Shown here: positions 29,113 to 40,211 of the stretch, one piece after another
How the letters are laid out: each line of letters starts with the position of its first letter
Position numbering within the stretch: position 1 is the first letter of the stretch
Source: Eledone cirrhosa
Taxonomy: Eukaryota
Reading direction: 5' to 3'
NCBI GenBank assembly: GCA_964016885.1
Contig: OZ024745.1
Coordinates: forward strand, 109,864,001 to 109,928,000
DNA: 64,000 nt
The notes under the pieces: model-generated
The model's database searches: none
What the model saw: the letters and a program-made list of their open reading frames with translations, nothing else
What the model was told of the DNA's origin: nothing
Position numbers and translations under genes: made by a program

Positions 29113-29195
29113 CATTCGACCGCACGATAGTATAAGGCGGATTAAAGACAGAAGTGGGTTTCCATGCTATCAAAAACAAATGCGGATGCACATAC

Positions 29196-29229
29196 TTGGC
29201 TCTTCTGTAGAACCTCCCAGTAACAAAAA
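29196..29229 (-). CDS. Candidate exon 2 of a minus-strand gene
   Basis: ctttctatttaAG acceptor, CAA|GTATGT donor; reads IFVTGRFYRRA when joined to 29734-29776. Confidence 0.35.
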
Positions 29230-29733
29230 CTTAAATAGAAAGTATTGTCACACGACATACTAGAAATAGCAGTAAAATCTTCTTCAAAATACAACCTAAG
29301 AAAGCGAATGACATATTGAATAATTTACGCATGAACACGCGAAGAAATAACGGCTGTGCACTGGTGGAATGAATGGTTTTGATTATAGGTCTGCTTGATA
29401 CAGATTTTAAGGCGATCTTTGTTAAAATAACACAGGTTTCGCTTTATCAAGCTGTGGTCGCTTTCATTTTGTTTAGCGATATAAAAGAAAAATACAATTA
29501 TTTTGTTTATGCTGGTGCTGTGACCAGAAAGTTCTTTTTTTTTATCGAGAATGTTTCGAATTAATTTTTTTTTTTCTGTGTGCTATTGTTGTTGAAAAAT
29601 AACGATAAAATAACTGTTGTTAAATTATTTTTCGGTATACACGTACACAACACAAAAATGAACAGTAACAATGCACCGATAATTCAATAACCACACATCG
29701 TAGTAACAATGACATCGCCGATGAAAAACATAC

Positions 29734-29776
29734 TGGACACCAAAGTGAAAGCAACTGCAGATAAAATGAAATTCAT
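29734..29776 (-). CDS. Candidate first coding exon (MNFILSAVAFTLVS, signal-peptide-like)
   Basis: ATG at 29776, hydrophobic N-terminus, CCA|GTATGT donor, at the edge of the CpG-rich island. Confidence 0.35.
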
Positions 29777-30249
29777 ACGCTATTATCATTGCAACTTAAC
29801 TATACACTCTGTATATGCCTCTTTTCATTCTCATACGCTCTCTCCCACACTAATATATGCCTTTTCTTGGTTTTATCTCGGACATTCTTTAACCCATTTG
29901 CCAATGGCTTCAGTAGTACTTCTAGTTTTCTCTATTTTTTTGTGGCTATTTGCTTTTCCATTTTTTCTATATCTTATACAAGAAGGTAGATGTAATTGAT
30001 TTAACCTCAGTATATTGAATCAAACTCAGATATCGACTACAAAGGGGTTTGTGTAGTAAAGTAAGTTTCTGAAGAGTACCAAACATTCGTACCCCGATTA
30101 TGCGGTCCCAGATGGCGTGAGGAAGCGTTCTCTTGTGTGCGGGGGAGACTATGTGCAAACCGCTGCGTGGTTCCAACGAACAGAATGGAGGGCGCATTGC
30201 CCCAGAGGATAGCAAGGTAGATGATAGTAGTGAGTAATGAAGTGTTGAG

Positions 30250-30400
30250 TGTGTTTGGGAAAGAACACCAGAAGTCTTCATTGTTACAGGTTCGACCACA
30301 AACCTATCGGGGAGCGACAGATATTTTGACAGCTTGTCCTCTTCAGTCTGACGAACAGCGAAACCTGGGTTAGACGCCAAATAAACCAGGTTGCCGTTGG
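30250..30400 (-). mobile_element. CRE-clade retrotransposon RLE-domain fragment
   Basis: GFAVRQTEEDKLSKYLSLPDRFVVEPVTMKTSGVL matches the CRE restriction-like endonuclease motif (E..K..KY..L..F.P.A.ET.G). Confidence 0.7.
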
Positions 30401-30504
30401 AGGTTGTGTAATTGCATTTATATATTATGCTTTGCCTTCTCCCTCCAGTATTGCTTTATAAAACAGCTCTTTTCACTCCTTTAAAAAATAGTCTGTTAAA
30501 CCAA

Positions 30505-30575
<71 letters not shown>

Positions 30576-30625
30576 AGTATGTGTGTATACGTACATACAT
30601 ATATGTATACAGACGTACAGTAGCA

Positions 30626-30675
<50 letters not shown>

Positions 30676-30876
30676 CAGGTACACATACATATATGCACGC
30701 ATCAGTTTAGCGGACGCTTATTATAACGCCGCTTTGTTCGTTTGTAAACAAACTGAACAGCCTATGTATGTACGTATACACACATACTTACATTTAAGTA
30801 AGTGCCGTACTAAGAGTGAGAAATGAAATTTCGTTTTCATTTTATTTCAACTTATATATATATATATATATATATA

Positions 30877-31071
30877 TAGGAAAATGTATGACCCCGACGG
30901 CAGATCTCAAGCCATTTCGACAGCTATTTCTGAATTCAGAAATAGCCGTCGAAACGGCTTGAGCTCTACCGTCGGGGTCATACATTTTCCTATTACCCAC
31001 TCTACTACCCTAAGTATTGAGTACTCTGGTGCGTTATGGTCCATCTGGTTCCTTACCACACCTCCTTCGTT
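30877..31071 (+). mobile_element. TA-embedded fold-back element HH-B with hammerhead 3' half
   Basis: ~58-bp-arm hairpin 30877-30992 centred on GAATTC. The right arm reads AATAGCCGTC-GAAA-CGG..CCG-TC-GGGGT. Copies at 39697, 55982 and 58229. Confidence 0.8.
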
Positions 31072-31081
31072 ATATATATAT

Positions 31082-31310
31082 ACGATATTAACAAATGGAA
31101 ACTATATTTATAAAACCATATTTATTTCATTATACATATTTCAAGGATACCAAGTTAAATTATGGTATGCCTTCATCAGACAAAATACAATATATACCAG
31201 TTTTATTTTGTTAATATCGTATTTCTACTCCAAATACTTGTCGACTGCTTTATATCAGTTATAAAAATATTTGCTTGTTGTATCCTAACAATTTAAATAG
31301 AACTTTTGCA
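31082..31310. mobile_element. TA-embedded Penelope-like terminal repeat family HH-C
   Basis: Homologous to 55089-55493 and 59760-59990; bounded by (TA)n. Confidence 0.75.
31123..31187 (-). ncRNA. Minimal type I hammerhead ribozyme (HH-C)
   Basis: TATTTTGT-CTGATGA-AGGCATACCA..TGGTATCCTT-GAAA-TATGTA-TA-ATGAAATA. Confidence 0.8.
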
Positions 31311-31397
31311 TATATATATATATATATATTGGAATTTCCTATTTCAGAAGAAATACGGTATACTTAAAATAAACATTTGGAGAGCCGTAGCTATGCC

Positions 31398-31401
31398 AAA
31401 A
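31398..31401 (-). terminator. Candidate Pol III terminator (T4)
   Basis: First T4 run after the predicted start, directly after the closing stem. Confidence 0.45.
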
Positions 31402-31509
31402 CAACAGCGACTAACACTGTCTGGCAGAAGCATGGAGGGAAATCGTGGATGCGCATTTCGGACTGAGCTGGTTCTCATCAGCATAATCCCTCCCACTCTT
31501 GCAACTGCT
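31398..31509 (-). ncRNA. Predicted ~110-nt Pol III small RNA containing a type I hammerhead ribozyme
   Basis: GGAGGGATTATG-CTGATGA(31481-31475)-GAAC-CAGCTCA-GTCC-GAAA(31459-31456)-TGCGCA-TC^CACGATTTCCCTCC. Extended, interrupted stem I. The 5' (C)AGCAG pairs with the 3' CTGTTG just before TTTT. Confidence 0.75.
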
Positions 31510-31530
31510 GGTCTTTGAAAACAGGCGAGA

Positions 31531-31580
31531 ATATATAGTTTTCTCGTCTGTGTAAATGAGGTGATTAATCTCATTTGCAT
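31531..31580 (-). promoter_or_regulatory. snRNA/U6-type (type 3 Pol III) promoter candidate
   Basis: Octamer ATGCAAAT (31580-31573), PSE-like TCACCTCATTT (31564-31554), TATATAT (31537-31531), with purines 28-29 nt downstream of the TATA start. Confidence 0.55.
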
Positions 31581-31611
31581 ATGAAGCTGTATAAGTTGGC
31601 TCAACTTATAA

Positions 31612-31828
31612 TGATTTCTAATATAGACACAAGGCCAGTAATTTGTGGGGAGAGGAAAGTCGATTAAATTGACCCCAGTGTGTGACTGGTACTTTATTTT
31701 ATCGACCCCGAAAGCATGCAAGGCAAAGTTAACCTCAGCGAGATTTGAACTCATATCATAAAGGGTCGTAACTTTATGCTGCAAAGGATGGTGTCCGACT
31801 CTCTCCCTATACTGCCAATCCACCGCCC
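31612..31828 (-). mobile_element. SINE-A copy (longer variant)
   Basis: A/B boxes, core and tail as in 25561-25746, plus an extra TCGACTTTCCTCTCCCC segment. Confidence 0.9.
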
Positions 31829-32175
31829 TCGGACAACTTAAAATAGAATAGAATTACTATGCCTGGAACTAAATTGGAAACGCTCATACAAATTCGGTAC
31901 TATTTGCCTTTTCTGCATGTTGGTACGACAACTAGATTTTTTTTGCACCCTTTGGAAATTTTTGTATTTGTTTAGCACAATTGATATTCTAAATTCATCA
32001 TTTAACCCTTTACGACTTAAATTAACTTCTTATCATAGTGCTTTTATATACACACGACGGTTAAAAATTTAAAGGCGTGTTAAATATGATTTAATAAAGT
32101 GTTCGCAACATTTACTGAACATGTACTGAACGCGTCCCAACAAGTTTTTAAGAAGTTCGGAGTTTTTCCATCTCT

Positions 32176-32362
32176 CGGTGGATTGGCAGTATCGGTAGAG
32201 GGTCGGACGCCATGCTTTCCAGCATAGTTACGTCCCTTTACGATCTGAGTTCAAATCCTGTCGAGGTTGACTTTGCCTTTCATCCTTACGGGGTCGATAA
32301 AATAAAGTACCAGTAATGCACTGGGTAATTGTTGGCCTTGTGCCTAAAGTAGAAACCATTAT
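32176..32362 (+). mobile_element. SINE-A copy
   Basis: Near-identical to 63388-63577 (reverse complement). Confidence 0.92.
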
Positions 32363-33029
32363 TTCAAGTGTCATGATCAATTCGCCACAGAGTGTCGTAT
32401 ATTTCTCGGTGTATAACATATTAAGTTATCTTGCAAGAATAATACAATCTTATTTAGATGCGCATACGTGAGTTTTGGTCCCGCCTTAAAATTTAGTGTG
32501 TGATAATGTATTTTGGTGCCTTTTCAACGAAGGATTTTGGCACTATTAAGACAAAACTTTTGGCTGTCATGTTTTCAATTTAGGAACTGTGAAGACTATG
32601 GTACGTTTCATATTTGATAATTTCATCTTGGATTTCAGATACTGCAAGCATAACATACGGTATACTTGAAGTTGAACTCGCGGAGTACACATTCTGTTTG
32701 GCTATTTTTTAAAAACATAACATGAAGTTGTTTTCTGTAACAAATACAAATTTATTAGTTCTTATTCTAGAAATTGAAATGATGATTATCCATTTAATTT
32801 TGCTTATATTTTTCTTTCTTTTTTTTTGTACGACATGAAATATCTTTTAAAAATTTTTTTTTTATTACGGCAAAAACTATATTAACCGGCCGATTGTCAC
32901 AGTTGGTAACGAATTTCACTCCTCCTTTTTTTTCTTGTTTTTAATGTTCTTTTTATCTCTCTTTTATGCGTATATATCATGTGTTTGCGTTTTCGTTCTG
33001 TAAGCGTTATATTATTGTTTTTATACAAA

Positions 33030-33256
33030 TTTAAACTCAGATCATAAAGGGGCGTATCTGAGTTCAAATCCCGCCGAGGTTAATTTTGCCAAGGATCAAA
33101 GGCAAAGTTAACCTCGGCGGGATTTGAACTCAGATATGCCCCTTTATGATCTGAGTTCAAATACCGCCGAGGTTAACTTTGCTTTTCATCCTTATGGGGT
33201 CGATAAAATAAAATACCAGTAATGCACTGGGATAATTAGAAGTAGAAACAATTATA
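33030..33256 (+). mobile_element. SINE-A with fold-back rearranged 5' end
   Basis: 33030-33160 is a ~60-bp-arm inverted repeat built from SINE B-box sequence. Confidence 0.8.
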
Positions 33257-33421
33257 TTTTTATACAAGTGTGAATGAATAAAAAAAAATTTAAGTTGTAC
33301 TAATTGCAAAACTAAAATGAACGCGGAATGGTTACTTCAAAATCGGCAGAACTTTAGTTCAGTGACCCCCCCCCCCCCCTTCCCAACACACCGACCGGCT
33401 TTATTTCCTCATAACTTTCTT

Positions 33422-33700
33422 AATAATTGTTTCTACATTTGGCACAAGGCCAGCAATTAACCAGTACATTACTGGTACTTTATTTTATCGACCTTGTAAG
33501 GATGAAAGGCAAAGTTAACCTCGGCAGGATTTTATGATTTAGGCACAAGGTCAACAATTTTGGGCGAGAATATTATTTTATCGACCCTGTAAGGATGAAA
33601 GGCAAAGTTAACCTCGATGGGATTTGAACTCAGACCGTAAAGGGACGTATCTATGCTGGAAAGCATGGCGTCCGACCCTCTACCGATACTGCCAATTCAC
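33422..33700 (-). mobile_element. Two tandem SINE-A copies
   Basis: Core and tail occur twice; head at 33640-33700. Confidence 0.85.
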
Positions 33701-33889
33701 ATATTTTTATATGGATTTTTGTGTATTGATAGATGTTTTTCTTTTTTTTGCAATTCATAATTATAGAAATGAAATTTACGTTCCTTGATGGATTTCATAT
33801 ATTATCAACACGTTGAAAGTATTCAGTAGTAACACACGGAATTATATGGTATTTGTTTCTACTTTAGGAACAAGACCAACAATTTGTCG

Positions 33890-34440
33890 AGTTAAACAGC
33901 ACACCTCCATGTCGGAGCCAATGTCTATGGGAGGTTTAGATATCTTTGTGGTACGCCTCTTGTCACATAGATTGTTTTGTCAATTGAATACAGATCGCTT
34001 CCCTCATCATGCCAAGCTGGACGTAACGATTAGGCAGGCTGGGACTTGAGTAAATATTCCTTCAACTATGGAGCCAGCCAAATTGTCCAGAGCTAATGGA
34101 AAGAGGCTAGATCTTCTTATCTTTAGTCCCTGGGTAAGATATGGATGTTTCATATGAAATGCCAGAATTAGCAACACCCTTTCGCTCCTTCCTACATCCT
34201 GGATGTAGGAAGGAGCGAATAAAATTCAAGTATACCAGAAATTATCGACAAGCTATATTTTCAGTCTGTGGCGTTCGAGAAGCTTGGTGGAGCTAAGCCG
34301 CTGACAACGGAATTCTTGACATTGTTGGCAGCTTGCATTACCGGCGTATCAGGTGATGTCTGCAAGGGTGCGTGATTATTTCTGCATCTTATCCTTGCTA
34401 TCACCCTCGGAAATATTTTAAGTGTGTTGACTTGTCGCCT
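33890..34440 (+). mobile_element. CRE-clade retrotransposon 3' fragment (zinc knuckle + RLE)
   Basis: RFPHHAKLDVTIRQA..IPSTMEPAKLSRANGKRLDLLIFSPW..YIFQSVAFEKLGG..SGDVCKGA*LFLHLILAITLGN, with stops and frameshifts. Confidence 0.8.
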
Positions 34441-34444
34441 CAAA

Positions 34445-34500
34445 ACCTATTAGAAGGAAGTTCCTGTGCCTCTTGACGCGGCGTGTGATTGTAGGTACAT
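34445..34500 (+). promoter_or_regulatory. Candidate Pol II promoter / non-coding first exon
   Basis: ETS-like GGAAGT, CpG cluster TGACGCGGCG, donor-like TAG|GTACAT inside the CpG-retaining island. Confidence 0.3.
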
Positions 34501-35339
34501 GTCTTCTCCCACGTTTTCTCCCTTTTAAAAATATAAATTGTGTTTATTTGTATGCATCATTATGTGAAATAAAAGTACCTAACCTAGATATTTAACGTAG
34601 AGTGGTAATGATTTCATATCAACAATATTTAAAATGGCGTTCCAGCATGTATTTGGCTGTTATAACCAAAGAAACCAAATAACTTGAGAATACATTTGTT
34701 AACTCTTTATATCCTGTCGATTCGGCATTCCGAGGGAATGCTTTTGTCGTCTTGTCAACGGGGTGCAGCACTTCTGCCCTAATCACCCTCCTCTTCACCC
34801 ATACCCTCTCTTCTGCGACACCAGAGCTTCTGCCATCCCTCTCCTTCCCGTTCTTTTTCTTCTTTCTTTTTTTTCTTCTATATTTCCCTATTCTTTCTTT
34901 CCTTTTGTTTCCCCCTTTTTATTTTTTCTTACTAAATTTTATTTTAAAACTAGACATCTATTTGTTGATATAGTCGTTACTCTAATACTGAGTCCTATTA
35001 AAATTTGACGTTTTTAGGCTATTATTGCAAATTTTCACCATGATCTCTCCACCAGAAAAGTTGCTATTACACTACACATTTAAATTAACAGGCATACATC
35101 TACAGATTTTCTTCTAAATCATTACTGGGTATTAAGAGTTATACTCTTTCAGAATGAAGATATAAACATATATAATAAATGCAATTGACTATTGTATTTA
35201 TTTATTAACACAAATATAATGTACGAAAATATACGATCAGAACCAGAAAAAGAATAAAAAAAGGTGGGAAACAAAAACGACCATCAATTGACCACAAAGT
35301 GCGACAAACGACCGCACATCACAAAGGTCTACGGAAATT

Positions 35340-35490
35340 TTTTGAGGCAAGCTAAATCACTCGCAGCATTGCCATGGGTGATGGCGAGGCTAAGGCGCTG
35401 AAACAGCCAGGCACCCTCACGGGTATCACCTGACATTTCTGTTAGGCGAGCCACTAACGATGACAAGAACTTCACTGTCAGTGGATCAGA
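35340..35490 (-). mobile_element. CRE-clade 3' fragment
   Basis: PLTVKFLSSLVARLTEMSGDTREGAWLFQRLSLAITHGNAAS. Confidence 0.8.
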
Positions 35491-35544
35491 GCAGTTATAG
35501 GATGTAGAAAATTAATAAAAGAAAATCAAAGAAGAACGTAAATA

Positions 35545-35840
35545 CGGGGTTGATAAAATAAAGTACCAGTAATACACTGAGATAATTGCTGGCCTTGTGC
35601 CAAAAGTAGAAACAATTATTTATGGATTGCCAGTATTGATATAGCGTCGGAAAACATGCTTTGTGGTATAGTTACGACCCTTTACGTTCTGAGTTCAAAT
35701 CCCGCCGTGGTTAGTGTAGTTTTTCATCCTTACGGAGTTGATAAAATAAGGCACCAGTAATGCACTGGGGTCGATTTAATCGACTTTCCCTTCCCCTTCA
35801 AATTGCTGGCCTTGTGGCTAAATTAGAAACAATTATTTAT
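35545..35840 (+). mobile_element. Two SINE-A copies
   Basis: A partial core+tail followed by a near-full copy. Confidence 0.85.
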
Positions 35841-36537
35841 AAATATTCCTTTAGACGTTTCAATCATAGAACTGAAAACATACTAGTGTACCATCTTGAG
35901 ATGTTAGTCAATAATATGGACTCGAGTACCTATTTTATCGATCTCTTTTTGTTGAACCGCTAAGTTATGGGACATGTAAACAAACAGCAACATAGTTCTT
36001 GGTTGTTCTTTTCTCCTCCCATTCATTTTGTTCTCTATTAATTGTTTTTGTAAACCATTTTTTTCTTAATTAACTGTCCAAAATATTTTAGTTTTCTCTT
36101 TGATGGTGTCTAACATAATTTTCTTAGTTTTTGTTATTTTTAGTATTTCATTATTGGTTTTGTGTTCTGTTCATGATATTTTCGATATAGTTGTGTAGTA
36201 GTAATTATCAGCTACCATACAATTATTAAACCTTGTTCTAACTCACTCTGAATTTAAGCAATTTTAAAACTCAGTAGTATTTATATCAGAAAAACAACCA
36301 GTATTACAAGCCAATGTAGGACAGTCGATGGGTAGAATCGTCAACATATCAGACACAATGTGCAGGGGTGGTGAAACTTGGGGTGGGCCAGGGGTACCAT
36401 GTCCCTCCCCCACCATATTTATATTTTCATCCCCAAGCTACCAACACACATATATTTGTATATGCACTACAATTTATGTACATGCTATGTTTATCGCATA
36501 TCAAAGTTGTTTTATTTTTAATATCTTGGTTGATATT

Positions 36538-37043
36538 TGATTTCTACTTTTGGCACAAGGCCAGCAATTACCTCAGTGCATTACTGGTACTTTATTTTAT
36601 CGACCGCCCCCGTAAAGAATGAAAAGCAAAGTTAACCTCAGCGGGATTTGAACTCAGACTGCAAAGGGACGTAACTCTATGCTGCAAAGAATGGTGTCCG
36701 ACTCTCTAGCGATACTGCTAATCTATCACCCTTAACTCCTATCATCACAACTACTGTAAACCAGTAGAAATACCATCACAAAAAAGTGAAAAAAGTTCTA
36801 TCACAACGAATGCATTTTCCATCTTGAAACTCTGTGAAATGCTAAAGACTGTATTGACATAATTGTTTCTATGTTAGGCACAAGGCCAGCAAATTACCCA
36901 GTGCATTACTGGTACTTTTATTTTATCGACCCCGTAAGGATGAAAGGCAAAGTCAACCTCGGCGGGATTTGAACTCAGATCGTAAAGGGACGTAACTCTA
37001 TGCTGGAAAGCATGGCGTCCGACCCTCTACTGATACTGCCAAT
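36538..37043 (-). mobile_element. Two SINE-A copies (36538-36732, 36860-37043)
   Basis: Full head, core and tail in each. Confidence 0.88.
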
Positions 37044-37455
37044 GGCTTCAGTCAGACTGTGGCCATGCTGGAGCACCGTCTTAAGGGATTTAGTCCATCA
37101 TATCAACCCCAGTACTTATTTTATTGATCTCTGTTTGTTGAACTGCTGTATTACAGGATGGGGACACACTGGTCTTGTGCAGTTTCCATCAACAAAATTC
37201 CATTGACAAGGCATATTACAAAATCATATGCCAGTGTTTAGTCTACAACTAAATCAGACTTTGTCTACAAAGCAATGATTTCTAGAAAGAATATAAGAGA
37301 ATCTCAAATATTGCCAAAAATTACCATTAATATAGTTGGTATTATCCAATAATAGTAGTATATATTTTTGTTTTAGAATGTCATATTCCATAACTATAGA
37401 AATTTGGTTTCTTTCCTGTATATATGTGTGTATGCATACACACATTATATGAATG

Positions 37456-37532
<77 letters not shown>

Positions 37533-38074
37533 GTATGTATATATGTATGTATGAATGTATGTATATATGTATGTATGAATGTATGTATATATGTATGTAT
37601 ATATGTATGTATGTATGTATATATGTATGTATGTATGAATGTATGTATATATGTATGTATGAATGTATGTATATATGTATGTATGAATGTATGTATATAT
37701 GTATATATGAATGTATGTATATATGAATGTATATATGTATATGTATGTATATACGAATGTATATATGTATATGTATATATATATATGAATTTATGTATGT
37801 ATATATAAATGTATATATATACACACACACACACACTGTAAGCCAGTCTTTTTACATTCTTCTATATACAACAATTACTGATGAATATATGAAATGAAGA
37901 AGTAGATAAAATATATGTATACTAAACAAAATGAAAAATATGAAGAAACGAAAATACATGGTAGAAAATTGTAGGAACATCCGAAGAAAAGAGCAAACAT
38001 TCATACATTTATCTGTAGGTTAAGTGGTTGAATTCTTAAAGAAAAATCCCATATGAATTTCATGAATTTATGTC

Positions 38075-38224
38075 AAAGAGTAAAGCAATCATCATTTTCA
38101 GTTGAGAATTTTGCATATTCCTGAGAATTTATACATGCATATAGGTATTTCAATGTGTATATAACTTTATATTTATAAGTCCATGAATATATATATATAT
38201 ATACATGTGAATGTGTGTGTGTAT

Positions 38225-38259
<35 letters not shown>

Positions 38260-38260
38260 A

Positions 38261-38302
<42 letters not shown>

Positions 38303-38397
38303 TATAATATATATATATATTATATATATAATATATATATATATTATATATATAATATATATATATAATATATATATAATATATAATATATATATAT

Positions 38398-38442
<45 letters not shown>

Positions 38443-38791
38443 GTGCCTACTATGGAGGCACACGACTTAGTGGTGAGCATTGGCCTTGCAATCGAAAGGT
38501 TGTGAGTTCAATTCTCAGACTGGGTGATGTGTTGTTTCCTTGAGCAAGACACTTTATTTCACATTGCTCCAGTTTACTCAGCTGTAGAAATGAGATGATA
38601 GGGACTGGGGTCCATATCATTCCACTGCAAAGTGGTCGTGGAGGTGCCGCAGCCAAAAATCACCCACCACACACTGTAAATGAGGTTGGTGTTAGGAAGG
38701 GCATCCAGCTGTAGAAATCAAGCCAGAATCAGTTCTCGTCCCACCCTTGCAAGCAGGGAAAAAGCGGACGTGAAATAATGATGAATGGTGA

Positions 38792-38823
<32 letters not shown>

Positions 38824-38931
38824 TCATGGACTTATAAATATAAAGTTATATACACATTCAAATACCTATATGCATGTATAAATTCTCAGGAATATGCAAA
38901 ATTCTCAACTGAAAATGATGATTGCTTTACT

Positions 38932-38935
<4 letters not shown>
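38075..38935. repeat. ~115-bp inverted repeat pair (38075-38190 / 38820-38935) around (TA)n and a SINE
   Basis: AAAGAGTAAAGCAATCATC..GTCCATGAATA is mirrored almost perfectly; same layout as 1-559. Confidence 0.85.
38454..38783 (+). mobile_element. tRNA-derived SINE family B with RTE-type tail
   Basis: Head GGAGGCAC..CTTAGTGG..GAGTTCAATTC, core TCCTTGAGCAAGACACTT, tail GGAAGGGCATCCAGC..GGACGT..(ATG)n. Confidence 0.9.
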
Positions 38936-38965
<30 letters not shown>

Positions 38966-39662
38966 GTGTGTGTGAGTATGAGTGTGTTTGTATAGATATA
39001 TATATGTGTATATATATATGTGTGTGTGTGTATATATATATATGTGTGTGTGTGTGTATAGTATATGTATATATATATATATATGCAGTAGTATTTTAAC
39101 AATGTAAATTTTCATGTATACGCTTCATTGTATATGCCTGTATATGTATGTATGTGTCTGTGAGATTACATGTGAATATGTATATGAGCTTATGTATATA
39201 TGAATGGCTCTATGGATTTGTAAACCTGTTTATATAATTGTGTATATAATTTGTTTATTTGCTGCTCTAAATAAAGTACGACAATCTACTTTTTTCAAGG
39301 CAGCCAAATCATATATTTTATATTTTATTCTATATTATTTTAGAACTTTTACTAGTCAATATAAAAATGAGACATTTCTATGATATAATAATGGTAGTTT
39401 TATGTAGAATTATAGTCAACCATTTTTCATAAAACTTAACAATATTATAATTATTTTGATATATATATATATATCATCATCATCCTCATCATCACCGTTT
39501 AACTTCAATTTTTCCATGCTTGCATGGGTGAGATGGGCCGTCCATGCTGGGAGGCAAGCTTGGCCAGGGATGGCAATGTGTCATGCCTTGCTCTGGTGAG
39601 GACTAAATTTGGCTGGGTATTTTGCAGCTGGAAGCCCTTCCTAACGCCAACCATGTTATATG

Positions 39663-39694
<32 letters not shown>

Positions 39695-39696
39695 AT

Positions 39697-39848
39697 GAAG
39701 GAATTGTGGTAAGAAACCAGATGGACCATAACGCACCAAAGTACTCAATACTTAGGGTAGTAGAGTGGATAATAGGAACAAGTATGACCCCGATGGCTAG
39801 CCGTCAAAACGGCTTGAGCTCTGCCGTCGGGGTCATACTTGTTCCTAT
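39697..39848. mobile_element. HH-B fold-back element
   Basis: Homologous to 30877-31071; hairpin 39773-39847; inside (TA)n. Confidence 0.8.
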
Positions 39849-40045
39849 ATATATATATATATATATATTTATTAAAATAACAGATTAAAGTTTAAGCAAA
39901 GAATCGCTGCTTTCACCCTTAACGGGATCTTCTGAATCTAAAAAACTCTGTTAGCAGGAGAAGAGGAGAGGGAAAAAGCATAGTAGGAGGTTGAATAGAG
40001 GTTGTCATAAGCAGTGTGAAGAGATTGCAATAAAAATGAGCCATG

Positions 40046-40211
40046 TTAACCCTTTAGCATTGAATTGATGTTCATATTGATGTTAAGGTATTGTTCTCAA
40101 AATAAATATAAAAAACTCATAGATTCGATATTATGTGAAATAATTATGAGAGTAAAGCTTTTACCACAAAAATATAGTATATATAGAGTAATGTAAATGC
40201 TAAAGAGTTAA
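40046..40211. mobile_element. piggyBac-type MITE, internally deleted
   Basis: TTAACCCTTTAGCATT...AATGCTAAAGAGTTAA. Confidence 0.75.

Noticed and set aside
39901-39938. Hammerhead-like CAGAAGA-TCCC..GGGT-GAAA on minus
   Set aside because: Core mutated and no valid UH site; at best a dead relic, so not listed as a feature.
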